Notes: generated by a model not told the origin, from the sequence alone. Positions 47,457 through 57,713 are shown, counted from the stretch's first letter. The stretch: DNA of 64,000 nucleotides from an uncultured Gammaproteobacteria bacterium (GCA_964432675.1 CAYSOG010000002.1:6975-70974); one strand, 5' to 3'. Numbers and translations are program-made.

Positions 47457-48275
47457 TTATCGACCCGGTACAGGAGAAGTACCCGGTAGGGTAGAAGGCA
47501 ACACAATTTTAGGACTACCTGTTGGTAAAGGCGATGTCGTCGTGGATGGAGAGGCAGATTGTGTTGCGACAACAAGGCTACCACCATTTTCTATATCAGT
47601 ATACACCGGCATTTGTGAAAGCTTTGTAATAAGCTCGTTACTGCTTTGTGAAATTTGGGGTAGGGGATTAGCATAGCTTGTTCCTAAATCCTTAGCGCTA
47701 GGTAGTTGCATGGTATAAACAGCCAGTGTAACTGCCGAGCTCAATGAATTGCCAGACAAGCCAGTGCTGCTGTTTATCTTAACTACCCCCATAACCCGTC
47801 GGATTTGTGATAGTTTTGCCAGAAAAGCCTGTAAATTCTTAATGTCACCACCAAGGGTTAACTGCACATCAATTTCCGATTGTTGCGCCGAATCTGAAGC
47901 CAGTTTACCTGGTTTTAACTGCATACCGACAACTTGTAAATTATTTTCCTGGCTTAGCCGAAGTAAACCGGCAATTAAGCCTGGCACGTTTTTATCTTCT
48001 GGTAAAGCCCGACGGGTTTCCGTTAAGTCGTTTGTAAGTTTATCATCGTTTAAGTTTGCAAGGGTATCGCGTTTTAGTTTGAGGCTTTCAAGTTCTTTTG
48101 ACTCTTGTACAATAGCCGCCCGGTTTGCCTGCAGCTGGCTGACAACCGCTCTCACCGGGAACAATGTTGCAACAACAATGATAAGTGCCGTAATAATAGG
48201 CAGTAAAATTGCCTGCGATATCGTTCTGCCAGCAACATGGATTTGGGACTGCGAAAATAACGATTGAAATTTCAT
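47457..48275 (-). CDS. pilO: Type IV pilus assembly protein PilO-like
   Basis: TM, coiled coil, ALP..K.VP, F..KL...RR; order pilM-pilN-pilO. Confidence 0.75.
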   Translation of the reverse strand: MKFQSLFSQSQIHVAGRTISQAILLPIITALIIVVATLFPVRAVVSQLQANRAAIVQESKELESLKLKRDTLANLNDDKLTNDLTETRRALPEDKNVPGLIAGLLRLSQENNLQVVGMQLKPGKLASDSAQQSEIDVQLTLGGDIKNLQAFLAKLSQIRRVMGVVKINSSTGLSGNSLSSAVTLAVYTMQLPSAKDLGTSYANPLPQISQSSNELITKLSQMPVYTDIENGGSLVVATQSASPSTTTSPLPTGSPKIVLPSTLPGTSPVPGR

Positions 48276-48293
48276 ATATTATCTCTACGTTTC

Positions 48294-48842
48294 TTACTTA
48301 CTGTTATACGTAAAATGCATGGTGAAAGCGTAACTACCACCGTCGTTTCGGTTTAATGATTGCAAGAGAATACCACTAAATACCTGACGGCCAAATTCTT
48401 TGGCAGTTATGTCAGACAAAAATCGATCAAGGGCTGCAATATTAGCAGCTGTACCAGAAATCAGAACATTATTTTGCCCGGAAAGGCCTAGTTCGGTGTA
48501 GGTGACATCGCTGCTTTGCAGGTCAATAAGCCGGCTTACAATTTGGTCATATGGCGGTTTTGCCAATTCAATATTCTGCAACGCGCCAACTTTGCTTGCA
48601 ATTGCCCTAAGATAATATTCACGCTTTGATAGTTGGTCAATATCGTTTTCAACTGGCGTTTTCTCAACACGGATATCATGCAGGGACTTTGCACTTAAGG
48701 TAAACATGACAAAAATAATCAGCAAAATCGCCAGAAAAATTGCTAAAACGAACCCGCTTATAAGGGAAATGGTACGATAACGGGACCTGCCCCCTCCGGC
48801 AACCTCAGCCTCTGGTATTAAGTTAACTTCTTGTAAGGCCAT
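48294..48842 (-). CDS. pilN: Type IV pilus assembly protein PilN-like
   Basis: VNLIP (INLLP motif), TM, coiled coil. Confidence 0.8.
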   Translation of the reverse strand: MALQEVNLIPEAEVAGGGRSRYRTISLISGFVLAIFLAILLIIFVMFTLSAKSLHDIRVEKTPVENDIDQLSKREYYLRAIASKVGALQNIELAKPPYDQIVSRLIDLQSSDVTYTELGLSGQNNVLISGTAANIAALDRFLSDITAKEFGRQVFSGILLQSLNRNDGGSYAFTMHFTYNSK

Positions 48843-48932
48843 AAAACAGTTTCCTAACAGATTATTACGCTAACAAATACAAACGATTATTCATCTAGCA
48901 AAAAGTTCATCAAACTTACCTGTCACTTTTAA

Positions 48933-49964
48933 TTAGACTTCTTTCAACGCCAAGCCTGCGGCAACTGCAAAATCGGGTGCAAATTGGTTTAACTTTTGGG
49001 CGAGCTCAGGGTCTGAACCAATAAATACCCAAGGATCACCAATTTGGACTTCAACTCCTAGGCTTTGGGCCAAATAAACAATTAAGCCCGGAAGCTTTGC
49101 TGACCCGCCGCAGAGCATAACTCGTTTTATTGTGTCGGATGGGTTCTTTCGCTGGTAAAACGTTAATGCGCGGTTAATTTCCGAAACAACAACATCAAAT
49201 ATAGGCCGAATTGCAGCCAATATTTTGCCCCCTAATTCGCTTTCTAACAGTCCATAGGTTTTCTTATACTCTTCAGCTTGGTTTAGGTCGAAATTAAGTT
49301 CAGCTGCCAATGCCCGAGACAACGCCTGGCCTCCAGTGGGGATAGATCTGGTGAACGCGATAATGCCCCCTGTTAGAATTGCTAAATCAGTTGTTGAGGC
49401 GCCAATTGAAATAATTAATGTTGTCGGCGCTGCAGCGCTTGACCCAACAATCGACCGGGATACAGCTAATATCTCCGTTTCCATACCAACAGGCTTTAAG
49501 CCTGCCATTTTGGTAATTTTGAGGTATTTTTCAATGAGGTCTTTTGGCACGGCAATTAACAAAATTTCCATTTTACCGCTGTTTAGGGTCGAGCCTTCAC
49601 GCAGCACTTGGTAAACCAGGGAAACTTCATTAATGGGAATAGGGACGTATTCTTCCGCGAGGTAGCGGATTGACTGGCTTAAATCTTTCTTTTCAATCTT
49701 TGGCGCTTCAACAAGGCGCGTAAAGATAAGCGATTCAGGAAAAGCAGTTACAACGTTTGTTGTGGTAACTTTACTTTCTTTTACTAAGCGCTTAACCGCA
49801 TCAGCTAATACTTGCAGGTCAACCGAGGAATCGGAAATGACACCACCTTTTGGCGTTGGCTCGATCCCAAAGGTTACAAGTTCATACGGTTTTTTTGATT
49901 TGTTCACTTCAACTAACCGAAGTGAGTGGGTTCCGATATCTAAGCCAAAGGTTTGGGCAGCCAT
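48933..49964 (-). CDS. pilM: Type IV pilus assembly protein PilM
   Basis: GLDIGTHSLRLV, IGASTT, GG..L, LCGGSAKLPGL, AVAAGLAL actin-like motifs. Confidence 0.93.
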   Translation of the reverse strand: MAAQTFGLDIGTHSLRLVEVNKSKKPYELVTFGIEPTPKGGVISDSSVDLQVLADAVKRLVKESKVTTTNVVTAFPESLIFTRLVEAPKIEKKDLSQSIRYLAEEYVPIPINEVSLVYQVLREGSTLNSGKMEILLIAVPKDLIEKYLKITKMAGLKPVGMETEILAVSRSIVGSSAAAPTTLIISIGASTTDLAILTGGIIAFTRSIPTGGQALSRALAAELNFDLNQAEEYKKTYGLLESELGGKILAAIRPIFDVVVSEINRALTFYQRKNPSDTIKRVMLCGGSAKLPGLIVYLAQSLGVEVQIGDPWVFIGSDPELAQKLNQFAPDFAVAAGLALKEV

Positions 49965-50078
49965 AATAGTAAAACTAAAAAGCAACGATTAAAATGAAAA
50001 GATGAGACATAATTATGAGTAAAGTTCTGTGTTTTACATTATCAAATTCGCTTATTCCATTTACATTTTGCTATCTAC

Positions 50079-51011
50079 TCAATTCTTCGTAAGTGGTGTT
50101 GTCGCACTACCGTTAAAAAGTACGTAGTCGAATATCGACGGTAAGCCACCAATTGACCGTTCGACCTGGACAACCCGCTTGGTGTCTCCAGAAACCCCTT
50201 CTGAACGAATTGTATACGACTGGACTGGAATTTGCTGGCCGTTTGGCGTCACCATTCGTATTGTCGCGCTATTATACAGCGGTCGGATGCGAATAAGCTT
50301 GCCGCTAGCAGGCAGCGAAATTGTCTGCTTGCTGACAAATTGGTTGAGGCTGTTATCTGTCCCTGCTGTTATAAAACCATTTGAAGCCGCTAAACTCGGA
50401 CAACTGTTTGCATTATAATTCCCGCCGGCTGGTGAGGACCGCGAAACGCCATAATTCGTACCATCGAAGGTAACAATCGATATTTCAAGAGAGGCCGGCA
50501 TCGCCGCAGGCGGCGTACAAGAAGAACCGGCTGGGTTTTCTTGCGTATTGTTCTTTAAGCTCCAGTACACATCTAACGACGTTGCAACCGTACACCCACT
50601 GCAGTGTGATTGGTCGATATCAAGCTGGATCACATCATCTTGGGCAACTGGCTTTGCAGGTTGGTAAATGCCAGTCGTTGAACCCGACTTTGATATAGTA
50701 ATATTCGACTGCGCGCCACCGACAGAAATAGCATTTAAGGAAACACTATTTTGGCCAGAGGGAATTAATGAGGGAATGTCTTGACGCAACGTGCTCTCTA
50801 TACCAGCTTCAGCCGCTTCAAAAGCCCGGCTCGAACGCTCTGTTGTTGACGATTCCTTTACATTTGTTACCGTTCGTGCAATAACCGAAAGGCCTACGGT
50901 AAGTGTTACGACTAAAATTAGCAATAATACGACGAGTGCCTGCCCTTTTTGCAGGTTCTGGTGAGTTAGCATCCGCAATGTTGCAATACGTGTAAATATC
51001 GACTTGGGCAT
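50079..51011 (-). CDS. PilX-like minor pilin
   Basis: KGQALVVLLLIL..RAFEAAEAGIE motif; start uncertain. Confidence 0.8.
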   Translation of the reverse strand: MPKSIFTRIATLRMLTHQNLQKGQALVVLLLILVVTLTVGLSVIARTVTNVKESSTTERSSRAFEAAEAGIESTLRQDIPSLIPSGQNSVSLNAISVGGAQSNITISKSGSTTGIYQPAKPVAQDDVIQLDIDQSHCSGCTVATSLDVYWSLKNNTQENPAGSSCTPPAAMPASLEISIVTFDGTNYGVSRSSPAGGNYNANSCPSLAASNGFITAGTDNSLNQFVSKQTISLPASGKLIRIRPLYNSATIRMVTPNGQQIPVQSYTIRSEGVSGDTKRVVQVERSIGGLPSIFDYVLFNGSATTPLTKN

Positions 51012-51110
51012 AAGAATAAGCCACACAACCATTTCTTAATGTGTGTACATAAAGCTTAGCAAACGCGAAACCGCAAAGTCAACCGGGAAGGATTGCTCAA
51101 AAAGGCTGAT

Positions 51111-51731
51111 TTAATAGGAACGCAGGGAAAAACTTGATAAAAAGGGTAACGATCCGGTATTTTCTTGCCGAGTACTTGCGGCAGTCTGGCTTTTGCTCTG
51201 CTGCAGTGTAAACGACACAATGACAACCGTGGTATTTGTTCCAGCGTTTTGGACGACCTGGAAATATGGTGCTGGCGACACCGCAAGGTCAATTGCGTTT
51301 AAGGCCGCGTTATTGTTAGTTATAGATGTTGCAGTAGCAGGATTGAAGGTAGGGGATTGCAACGCTGCCAATGACTGGTTTGAGTCAACACCAATAAAAC
51401 CATTGGCAGTGTTTGAGGTAACCAATGATATACGCGTATAAAGTGGCTGCGATGTATCAAGCACCTTATTTTGGACTATGATATGGTCAAGGTTTGTACC
51501 AGCGGCTGGAGGATCAACGATAGCCGAAGCATTGCTAACGGTTCGTGATATCCGTTCAAGAGCGGTGTTGCCATTCTCTTGTAGTTGGGTCGAAATAGTG
51601 GCTTTATTAGCGCTCCGTAACACACTAATAAAGACGTTCGTTCCAATAACAACCATAATGCCAGTAATGGCAATCACGACGAGCAGCTCAATTAAAGTGA
51701 ACCCATTTAGTGACCTTTGCCATTTGATCAT
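51111..51731 (-). CDS. PilW-like minor pilin
   Basis: GFTLIELLVV N-methylation motif; probable start MIKWQ at 51731. Confidence 0.82.
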   Translation of the reverse strand: MIKWQRSLNGFTLIELLVVIAITGIMVVIGTNVFISVLRSANKATISTQLQENGNTALERISRTVSNASAIVDPPAAGTNLDHIIVQNKVLDTSQPLYTRISLVTSNTANGFIGVDSNQSLAALQSPTFNPATATSITNNNAALNAIDLAVSPAPYFQVVQNAGTNTTVVIVSFTLQQSKSQTAASTRQENTGSLPFLSSFSLRSY

Positions 51732-51732
51732 A

Positions 51733-52326
51733 TTAGTTTGTCGCCTCAAAATTACTGTAATAGCTTGTGAGCGTTGAACTATGACTGCCGCTCGCGTCCT
51801 GCCAAAAAACATAAACCACAACGGTGGCACATTTTGAGCCGGCAGACGCACCGGCAGCGCTAGGACAAGTTGAAGTTGCCGAATTATCAATCATTATTTT
51901 TCGAATAAATCCATTAGCCAAATTTTCGTTTGGGTCAACTTGGGTTGTAATATTAGTACAAGGTGCAGTATCACCAGAAGCGTTCGGCAGAAGCCAGTCA
52001 GCAGTTGGATTACTCGTAAATAATGACTGATTAATATAGTAACAGGTGCCACCACTTGTTCCTTTGCTGCTAAAAAAGGTAGAAGGGTTAATGTCGCGGT
52101 AGGCCCTCACTGATTCCATCGCTTGCCTGGCATACGCATTGGCAATTGTTTGGTTCTTCGAAAATGTTGCGTTCCGAACGGAATTAATGGATGCCACCGA
52201 TAGTGCTGTTAAAACTATCATCGCAATTGTTAACGCCGCCAACACTTCCAAAAGCCCTTGACCTTTTTGCGACTTAATTATGGAACAGGTATTAGTTTGC
52301 AATTTTTTTAGTAATAGTTTATGCAT
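51733..52326 (-). CDS. PilV-like minor pilin
   Basis: KGQGLLEVLAAL..A..YA...ME.VR..RD. Confidence 0.8.
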   Translation of the reverse strand: MHKLLLKKLQTNTCSIIKSQKGQGLLEVLAALTIAMIVLTALSVASINSVRNATFSKNQTIANAYARQAMESVRAYRDINPSTFFSSKGTSGGTCYYINQSLFTSNPTADWLLPNASGDTAPCTNITTQVDPNENLANGFIRKIMIDNSATSTCPSAAGASAGSKCATVVVYVFWQDASGSHSSTLTSYYSNFEATN

Positions 52327-52347
52327 AATCGTATAATCTTGTATCCA

Positions 52348-53058
52348 CTACTGGTTCGTTAAGACGGCACCGTTCGTTTGGACCGTAATTGAGTACGCAG
52401 GCGTACTACCTTGGGTTGCTGTGACGGTAAGCGATTGTGTAATGGCAATCTTATTTGCACTGGTAAATTGGCGGTTATTATAAAACTCAGCAGTCTGGGT
52501 AACTGGCTTAAATAAAATATAGATTGGTGAAGCATATGCGCCGCCATCTACCGCCAGTGCCAATACAAGAGTAGTTGACGGAAACTGTAACGTCTTACCA
52601 TTACCAACATCAGAAGCGGCACCGACAACAGCGCCACAGCTGCCGCTTAATTGGACAACAGGAGCTGCCCCTGGGGTTATTTTCACATACCAGCCATCAA
52701 AGGCATATTGCGATGGTGAACCAACGGGCGGCGAGGGGTTTTGCGGACATGCCTGTGCGCCATTTCCTGAAATTGCACTATTTTGAGCAACGTGTAATGA
52801 CTGGGCTAAAAGTGTTCCGGATTGCACAAGCTGCTGACTGCGGTTGTAGTTATTGTAGGCTGGAATAGAAAAACCAAGCAGTAAAGAAATAATGGTTATG
52901 ACGACTAATAGTTCAATCAGCGTAAAGCCCAGAGTAGGGGAAAGTAGAAAGCCCTTCGACTCAAGCGCCGGACGAGCACGGGAAGCGGGAAGAACGGAAA
53001 ATACCTTCTCTTTGTGTCCTATGTTTTGTGATTTGCGATTTGTAATTTGCGTTCTCAT
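52348..53058 (-). CDS. FimT/GspH-like minor pilin with long leader
   Basis: GFTLIELLVVITI..AQNSAISG. Confidence 0.82.
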   Translation of the reverse strand: MRTQITNRKSQNIGHKEKVFSVLPASRARPALESKGFLLSPTLGFTLIELLVVITIISLLLGFSIPAYNNYNRSQQLVQSGTLLAQSLHVAQNSAISGNGAQACPQNPSPPVGSPSQYAFDGWYVKITPGAAPVVQLSGSCGAVVGAASDVGNGKTLQFPSTTLVLALAVDGGAYASPIYILFKPVTQTAEFYNNRQFTSANKIAITQSLTVTATQGSTPAYSITVQTNGAVLTNQ

Positions 53059-53100
53059 TACGTTTTTATAGTAGCCTTCTTAATGAAGTGAAGTCAATTT

Positions 53101-53628
53101 TTAGCAGCCATTGGGCATACTTATTTTCGTCAGTCCTGTCCCTATTTCATAATGGCATGCGTCGTTGCCGCCATCGTTCGCGTTTTGCATTTGGCTTAGC
53201 GAATATTCCATAACGGCATCAAGTTTATACAAATTACCACTCCGATAGTACCGGTATACATACTTACCTGCGTTTAATGGATCAACTGGCAATTTTTCGA
53301 TGTATTTTGATAAGTCAACAGGAATCCAACCAGTACCATTTACTTTTGCTAAAGTTGTTGAGGACGAGGCTTGTGTGCTCGTCCGCAAGCGCATATCAGC
53401 ATCCGGTGGTATGCTATTATCTGCAATATAGCGCTCGAGGGCTGCACTTAAGACTGTTATGTCGGCTATGCGACGTTCGTCCCGGCTTTGCTTATTTAGC
53501 CGATCAGGCCGTATATAGATAAGTACGCCAGTGCTAAGAATCGCAACTAACAGAATAATTGTTAGCAGTTCAATCATCGAAAAGCCTGATATTTTGTATT
53601 GGTGATGGTAGAAGGCAGCTTTAACCAT
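53101..53628 (-). CDS. Type IV pilin
   Basis: GFSMIELL, SRDERRIAD, LPVDP, NDGG...YEIG. Confidence 0.85.
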   Translation of the reverse strand: MVKAAFYHHQYKISGFSMIELLTIILLVAILSTGVLIYIRPDRLNKQSRDERRIADITVLSAALERYIADNSIPPDADMRLRTSTQASSSTTLAKVNGTGWIPVDLSKYIEKLPVDPLNAGKYVYRYYRSGNLYKLDAVMEYSLSQMQNANDGGNDACHYEIGTGLTKISMPNGC

Positions 53629-53691
53629 TGATGTAAAACTTTATATTTATGTGGACTTGTATTAAGGCAATATAAATCACAAACTTCGCAC

Positions 53692-54132
53692 TTAGGGTGC
53701 ATGGAGTGCGTAATTATATTGCGTATTGCTTGTGCATGTCGATGATCCGGCTGCAGGGTCAGATGTATTTTCTAACCGAGCACAAAGTTCATAATTAGCA
53801 CAAACCAGTGGCGAGCCACTGCACGATATAGCAGTATAAATGTATGGGTAGGTATTGGCAGGATCTTGTGGTGCCGTCTTTATGAAATTCTGTGACATTT
53901 GTAATTGGCTAACCATATTAGTCCAATTTGAAGCTGTAGGGTAAGAGTGGGGACTTTGGACGTAGTAATACTGTTCAAGTGCAGCCTGGATATTTTTGAG
54001 ATCGAACTTGCGCTGGCTATCGCGGGAACCTCTTTGTGCAGCTGTAAACGAGCCAAAAAGTATCGCGGCTAAGATAGCAATTATGGTAAATACCACTAAC
54101 AACTCAATAAGGGTGAACCCAGTTTTTTTCAT
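53692..54132 (-). CDS. Type IV pilin (GspG-like)
   Basis: MKKTGFTLIELL, RDSQRKFDL, PQDP, LCARLE. Confidence 0.87.
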   Translation of the reverse strand: MKKTGFTLIELLVVFTIIAILAAILFGSFTAAQRGSRDSQRKFDLKNIQAALEQYYYVQSPHSYPTASNWTNMVSQLQMSQNFIKTAPQDPANTYPYIYTAISCSGSPLVCANYELCARLENTSDPAAGSSTCTSNTQYNYALHAP

Positions 54133-54164
54133 ACTATAGTATCTTTTGGCATTACAAGCCAAAT

Positions 54165-54812
54165 TCACGGACTGGTCAAGACATACGAACCTGGATATCC
54201 TGCACCAGGCCAGGTGCAGCCACCAATCGTGACTGAGTTTTTCCCACTTGCATCTGTTGCGGCAGGGTCTGACGCATTCTCAAGATGGGCGACAAGCAAA
54301 TACGACTGTCCGGCCTGTACGGTACAATACGCACCGCTAAAATACCCGTAAATAAAACCACCGGTCCAAGGCGGAGCACCCGTATTCGTATAGAGGGGAT
54401 CATTCGGCATTTTTTGGATATACTTTGGTACTAACTCGGTAATCCAATTATTTTGCGGGTACGGACAACCATTACTAAAATCCCACCCACCACAAGTGGT
54501 TACACCCGGTGGAGCATAGGTAATAGGGTAGTTACCGGTATCTGCTTTATACTGTTCAAGAGCAGCCTGGATATTTTTGAGATCGAACTTGCGCTGGCTA
54601 TCGCGGGCCTGCCGCTGCGAGGCTGTAAATGTCCCAAAAAATATTGTTGCCAAAATGCCAATAATCGTGATAACCACCAGAAGCTCGATTAAGGTAAACC
54701 CTAAAGAGGGAAAAGGCGTGAAGGACTGAAAACCTCTATTTCCTATCATATGCTTACTGGATATGGACCTAGCATAATCTGGATTTTTGATTGTTGATTT
54801 TTGATTTGTCAT
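54165..54812 (-). CDS. Type IV pilin (GspG-like)
   Basis: GFTLIELL, RDSQRKFDL, MPNDP, AHLE. Confidence 0.87.
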   Translation of the reverse strand: MTNQKSTIKNPDYARSISSKHMIGNRGFQSFTPFPSLGFTLIELLVVITIIGILATIFFGTFTASQRQARDSQRKFDLKNIQAALEQYKADTGNYPITYAPPGVTTCGGWDFSNGCPYPQNNWITELVPKYIQKMPNDPLYTNTGAPPWTGGFIYGYFSGAYCTVQAGQSYLLVAHLENASDPAATDASGKNSVTIGGCTWPGAGYPGSYVLTSP

Positions 54813-54819
54813 GCTATTT

Positions 54820-55710
54820 TTATCTTAGGATGCCTGTTGTGTAGAAGTCAAACAACTGATTGCCAAAAATAAGCGTTAAAACACTTGAAGCGAGTAAAAA
54901 CGGACCAAACGGAATAGTTTGTTTTAACCGCCGCTTTCCGAACACGAGCAGCGAAAGTCCAACAATCGCTCCGGATAAAAACGCTCCAAAAAGCATTACT
55001 AAGCTATTGGGCCAGCCATTGACTAACCCTAAAACGAGCACAAGCTTCACATCACCACCACCCATTCCTTTGCCTTTTGTGGCAATAATCAATGAGAAGA
55101 AAAATAATGCCATCCCGACCCCAACCGCAATTGATTGCCAAAATGGTGTAACTAAGGCCGCAAAATATGCTGCTAAAAAGGACAGCTGTGCCAGCTGGTT
55201 TGGACCGAAGGAAAAATTCGAAAGAAACGCATATGTATGTATTAAGGGCAGTACTAGCAATACCAGTTGATAAAAAAGTGTGGTAAATAACGCAAAAAAC
55301 ACAAGGCTGTCAGGTAACAGTTCATGCAACAGGTCAATATAGAACAAAGCTGCAAAAGTACTAAATAAGACAAGGAAATATCCAAACGTGATTATTTGTG
55401 TCGTATTTAAAACTTCAGCACTCCCGATGGTTAAAGCGTAAGCTAACACGAATAATATGCCAACGGTTAATTCGATAAGTGGGTAGAGGCGCGACAATGG
55501 CGCATGGCAATGACGACACTTGGCACCAAGGATGATGTAACTTACAACAGGCACTAAGTCGATGAATTGCAATGGTTTTTGGCAAAATTCACACATCGAC
55601 CGGCCTTGAACAACCGATTTTCCCTTTGGTAAGCGAAAAACCACCACGCCAATAAAGCTGCCAACTATAAAACCTAAGCATAATAAGAGCAGGTAGGGCA
55701 GGGTAGTCAT
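54820..55710 (-). CDS. pilD: Prepilin peptidase
   Basis: GSFI, RSMCEFC, CRHC, YPLIE, YIDL, GMGGGDVKL, IPFGPFL. Confidence 0.93.
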   Translation of the reverse strand: MTTLPYLLLLCLGFIVGSFIGVVVFRLPKGKSVVQGRSMCEFCQKPLQFIDLVPVVSYIILGAKCRHCHAPLSRLYPLIELTVGILFVLAYALTIGSAEVLNTTQIITFGYFLVLFSTFAALFYIDLLHELLPDSLVFFALFTTLFYQLVLLVLPLIHTYAFLSNFSFGPNQLAQLSFLAAYFAALVTPFWQSIAVGVGMALFFFSLIIATKGKGMGGGDVKLVLVLGLVNGWPNSLVMLFGAFLSGAIVGLSLLVFGKRRLKQTIPFGPFLLASSVLTLIFGNQLFDFYTTGILR

Positions 55711-55756
55711 AAAATTTCCGAAGGTTGGTATTTTGCCAATATAATAGACGACATAC

Positions 55757-55800
55757 AAGCGGGTAGGACCTGTTTCCATTCCTTGGCCCTAGACCCGCCT
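55757..55800 (-). terminator. Stem-loop between the putative major pilins and pilD
   Basis: GGCGGGT..AGGGCC..GGTCCT.ACCCGCT imperfect hairpin on the minus strand. Confidence 0.55.
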
Positions 55801-55820
55801 GAATGTTGTTCTCGTTATAA

Positions 55821-56315
55821 TTACAAGCTCATATTCGTTCCAGTTTCGTACAAGGTTGCGCTTGTTCCACCATCGTTTTGCATCGTTGCCGTATTGGCGG
55901 TTGATTCAAGCGATGTTTCAAGTTTATACGTTTGGCCATCTGCAGATGTCTTAAAGTTATAGCAGTTTGGTGTGGTATTCAATGGATCAGATGGCAGTGC
56001 CGGTAACTGTGTTGTAATCGATAAACCAGAAGCTGCGCTAAATTGTACCCATGAACCAGGATTACCGCATGAATTTAATGATGCCGATGTGTTAAACGGC
56101 GCCGCTGAACTGGTGGCATTGGCGATCGTTAGGTCGATGGCTTTGCGGACTTCTCCGATTTCGCTCAGTCGTCTTGAGTCACGGCCTTTCTTTAACGTAT
56201 CAAGCGGGTTAATTGCGACGAGAACGACAACGGCCAAGATTGCAACGATAGCGATAACGACCAATAATTCGATCAGGGTAAAACCTTCTTGCCGCTTTTG
56301 TGTTAGTTTATACAT
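55821..56315 (-). CDS. Type IV pilin (candidate major pilin)
   Basis: AAGGAGGTGA SD; GFTLIELL..AINP..RDSRR; LPSDP; NDGG..LYETG. Confidence 0.88.
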   Translation of the reverse strand: MYKLTQKRQEGFTLIELLVVIAIVAILAVVVLVAINPLDTLKKGRDSRRLSEIGEVRKAIDLTIANATSSAAPFNTSASLNSCGNPGSWVQFSAASGLSITTQLPALPSDPLNTTPNCYNFKTSADGQTYKLETSLESTANTATMQNDGGTSATLYETGTNMSL

Positions 56316-56351
56316 ACTAGTCACCTCCTTTCAGTTAAATAACAATATTTT

Positions 56352-56912
56352 CTAAAATACGGTTGCACCAGGTCCAGGCGCTGCCGGTCCGCAATACCAA
56401 CCGGCTTTCGTCGTTGTTAATGTTGCTGTATAAGCAAAGTACGTGTTAGCCGTTGTACATGTTGTTACTGCACCAGCACCGGCATTGTTTGCTAATGTGA
56501 CGCTCTGCTGCGATACCGTTTTGGCGTACGCAATCATGTTGCCACAAACCGACGCCCCACCAGATTGGCAGTCAGTAGCACCAGATAAACAGGTGTTGCC
56601 GCTTCCAGCACAATAGCCTCCTGCAGCTGTGGAAGGCTCAGGCAATACGGTTGACTTCATGTCTCCAGCTGTTACCATAATTGACTGCGTTCTGGCATAG
56701 GTTGGTGACCCACCAGCTCCTATCGCAGTGTAATATGCTTGTGCCGAATTGCCGACTGAACTAACATTGTTCTTTGCCGACGCATCAATACCGCGGTTAA
56801 TTTGTTCAAGTGGATTAATGGCTATTAAAACTATTGCGGCCAATACGCCAATAATGGCAATAACAACTAATAGTTCGATTAAAGTAAAGCCTTGTTGTTG
56901 TAATTTACGCAT
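56352..56912 (-). CDS. Type IV pilin (candidate major pilin), Cys/Ala/Gly-rich
   Basis: AAGGTGGTGA SD; GFTLIELL..AINPLEQ. Confidence 0.88.
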   Translation of the reverse strand: MRKLQQQGFTLIELLVVIAIIGVLAAIVLIAINPLEQINRGIDASAKNNVSSVGNSAQAYYTAIGAGGSPTYARTQSIMVTAGDMKSTVLPEPSTAAGGYCAGSGNTCLSGATDCQSGGASVCGNMIAYAKTVSQQSVTLANNAGAGAVTTCTTANTYFAYTATLTTTKAGWYCGPAAPGPGATVF

Positions 56913-57212
56913 ATTTGATCACCACCTTCCTTAAAGAAATAGGCGAGTGCGCCGAAAAAATATTATGCAAATATAAATATGAAGGCCAATTCATGCCCGA
57001 AGTTCCAGCGGAAAAAGGTATAGATGTTTTTACTGTCTTTGAGATACCAGTTGATACCGATGCGGATTGGAAAATATAGGAAGATAAGACGCGCATCATG
57101 CGGCAAAGCAATAATATCGCGCGTGCAAAAACGTGCTGGGTGGGCAGGATGTTCATAATTTGTCTCTTATACTATTGTTGTCATAATGCAGTTTAAAATA
57201 CAAGCCGCTATT

Positions 57213-57692
57213 TTAGTACGGTAAAGGCTCGGCAGCATCACATTCTGCGCCAGTTTGCTCAGTGCGTGACCGCCAAACAAAATATGGCATACCACTACCA
57301 CACTGGCTTTTCTGTATCTTTGACTGCAAAATAGTATACACAACCGCATTGGTGCCATCATACTGGTAACAATAGTTGTTATTATTATTGACAGAACAAA
57401 CCGAACCATTTTTATTGTCTGGTATGGCTTTTAGGTCGGTATTCGCGATAAGGTTTGTGACCCAACTACCGTTTGCAGGTGGGTATTGCGATTGGTTAGT
57501 AACGTAATAGCTCGCTAACGATGTCCCTAATAAATGGATGCCTTGCTCCCGCTGGCTGTCCCAGGCCCGGTTAAACTGTTCCAGCGGGTTAACCGCCAAC
57601 ATAACAATCGATGCGAGCACACCAATTAGCGCAATGACTACAAGTAATTCAACAAGCGTAAAACCTAGTTCCAATTTTTGGCGTTTTTTCAT
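57213..57692 (-). CDS. Type IV pilin
   Basis: GFTLVELL..AVNPLEQ. Confidence 0.86.
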   Translation of the reverse strand: MKKRQKLELGFTLVELLVVIALIGVLASIVMLAVNPLEQFNRAWDSQREQGIHLLGTSLASYYVTNQSQYPPANGSWVTNLIANTDLKAIPDNKNGSVCSVNNNNNYCYQYDGTNAVVYTILQSKIQKSQCGSGMPYFVWRSRTEQTGAECDAAEPLPY

Positions 57693-57713
57693 AGTTATAG
57701 TTAATAGTTATAG

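Noticed and set aside
51056-51105. GCAAAC..GAAA..CGCAAA resembling a c-di-GMP-I riboswitch
   Set aside because: Too short to form the P2 stem, and on the strand opposite the pilin genes
56905-57156. 83-aa ORF between pilins
   Set aside because: No SD or recognisable motif and it overlaps the pilin start; more likely leader DNA
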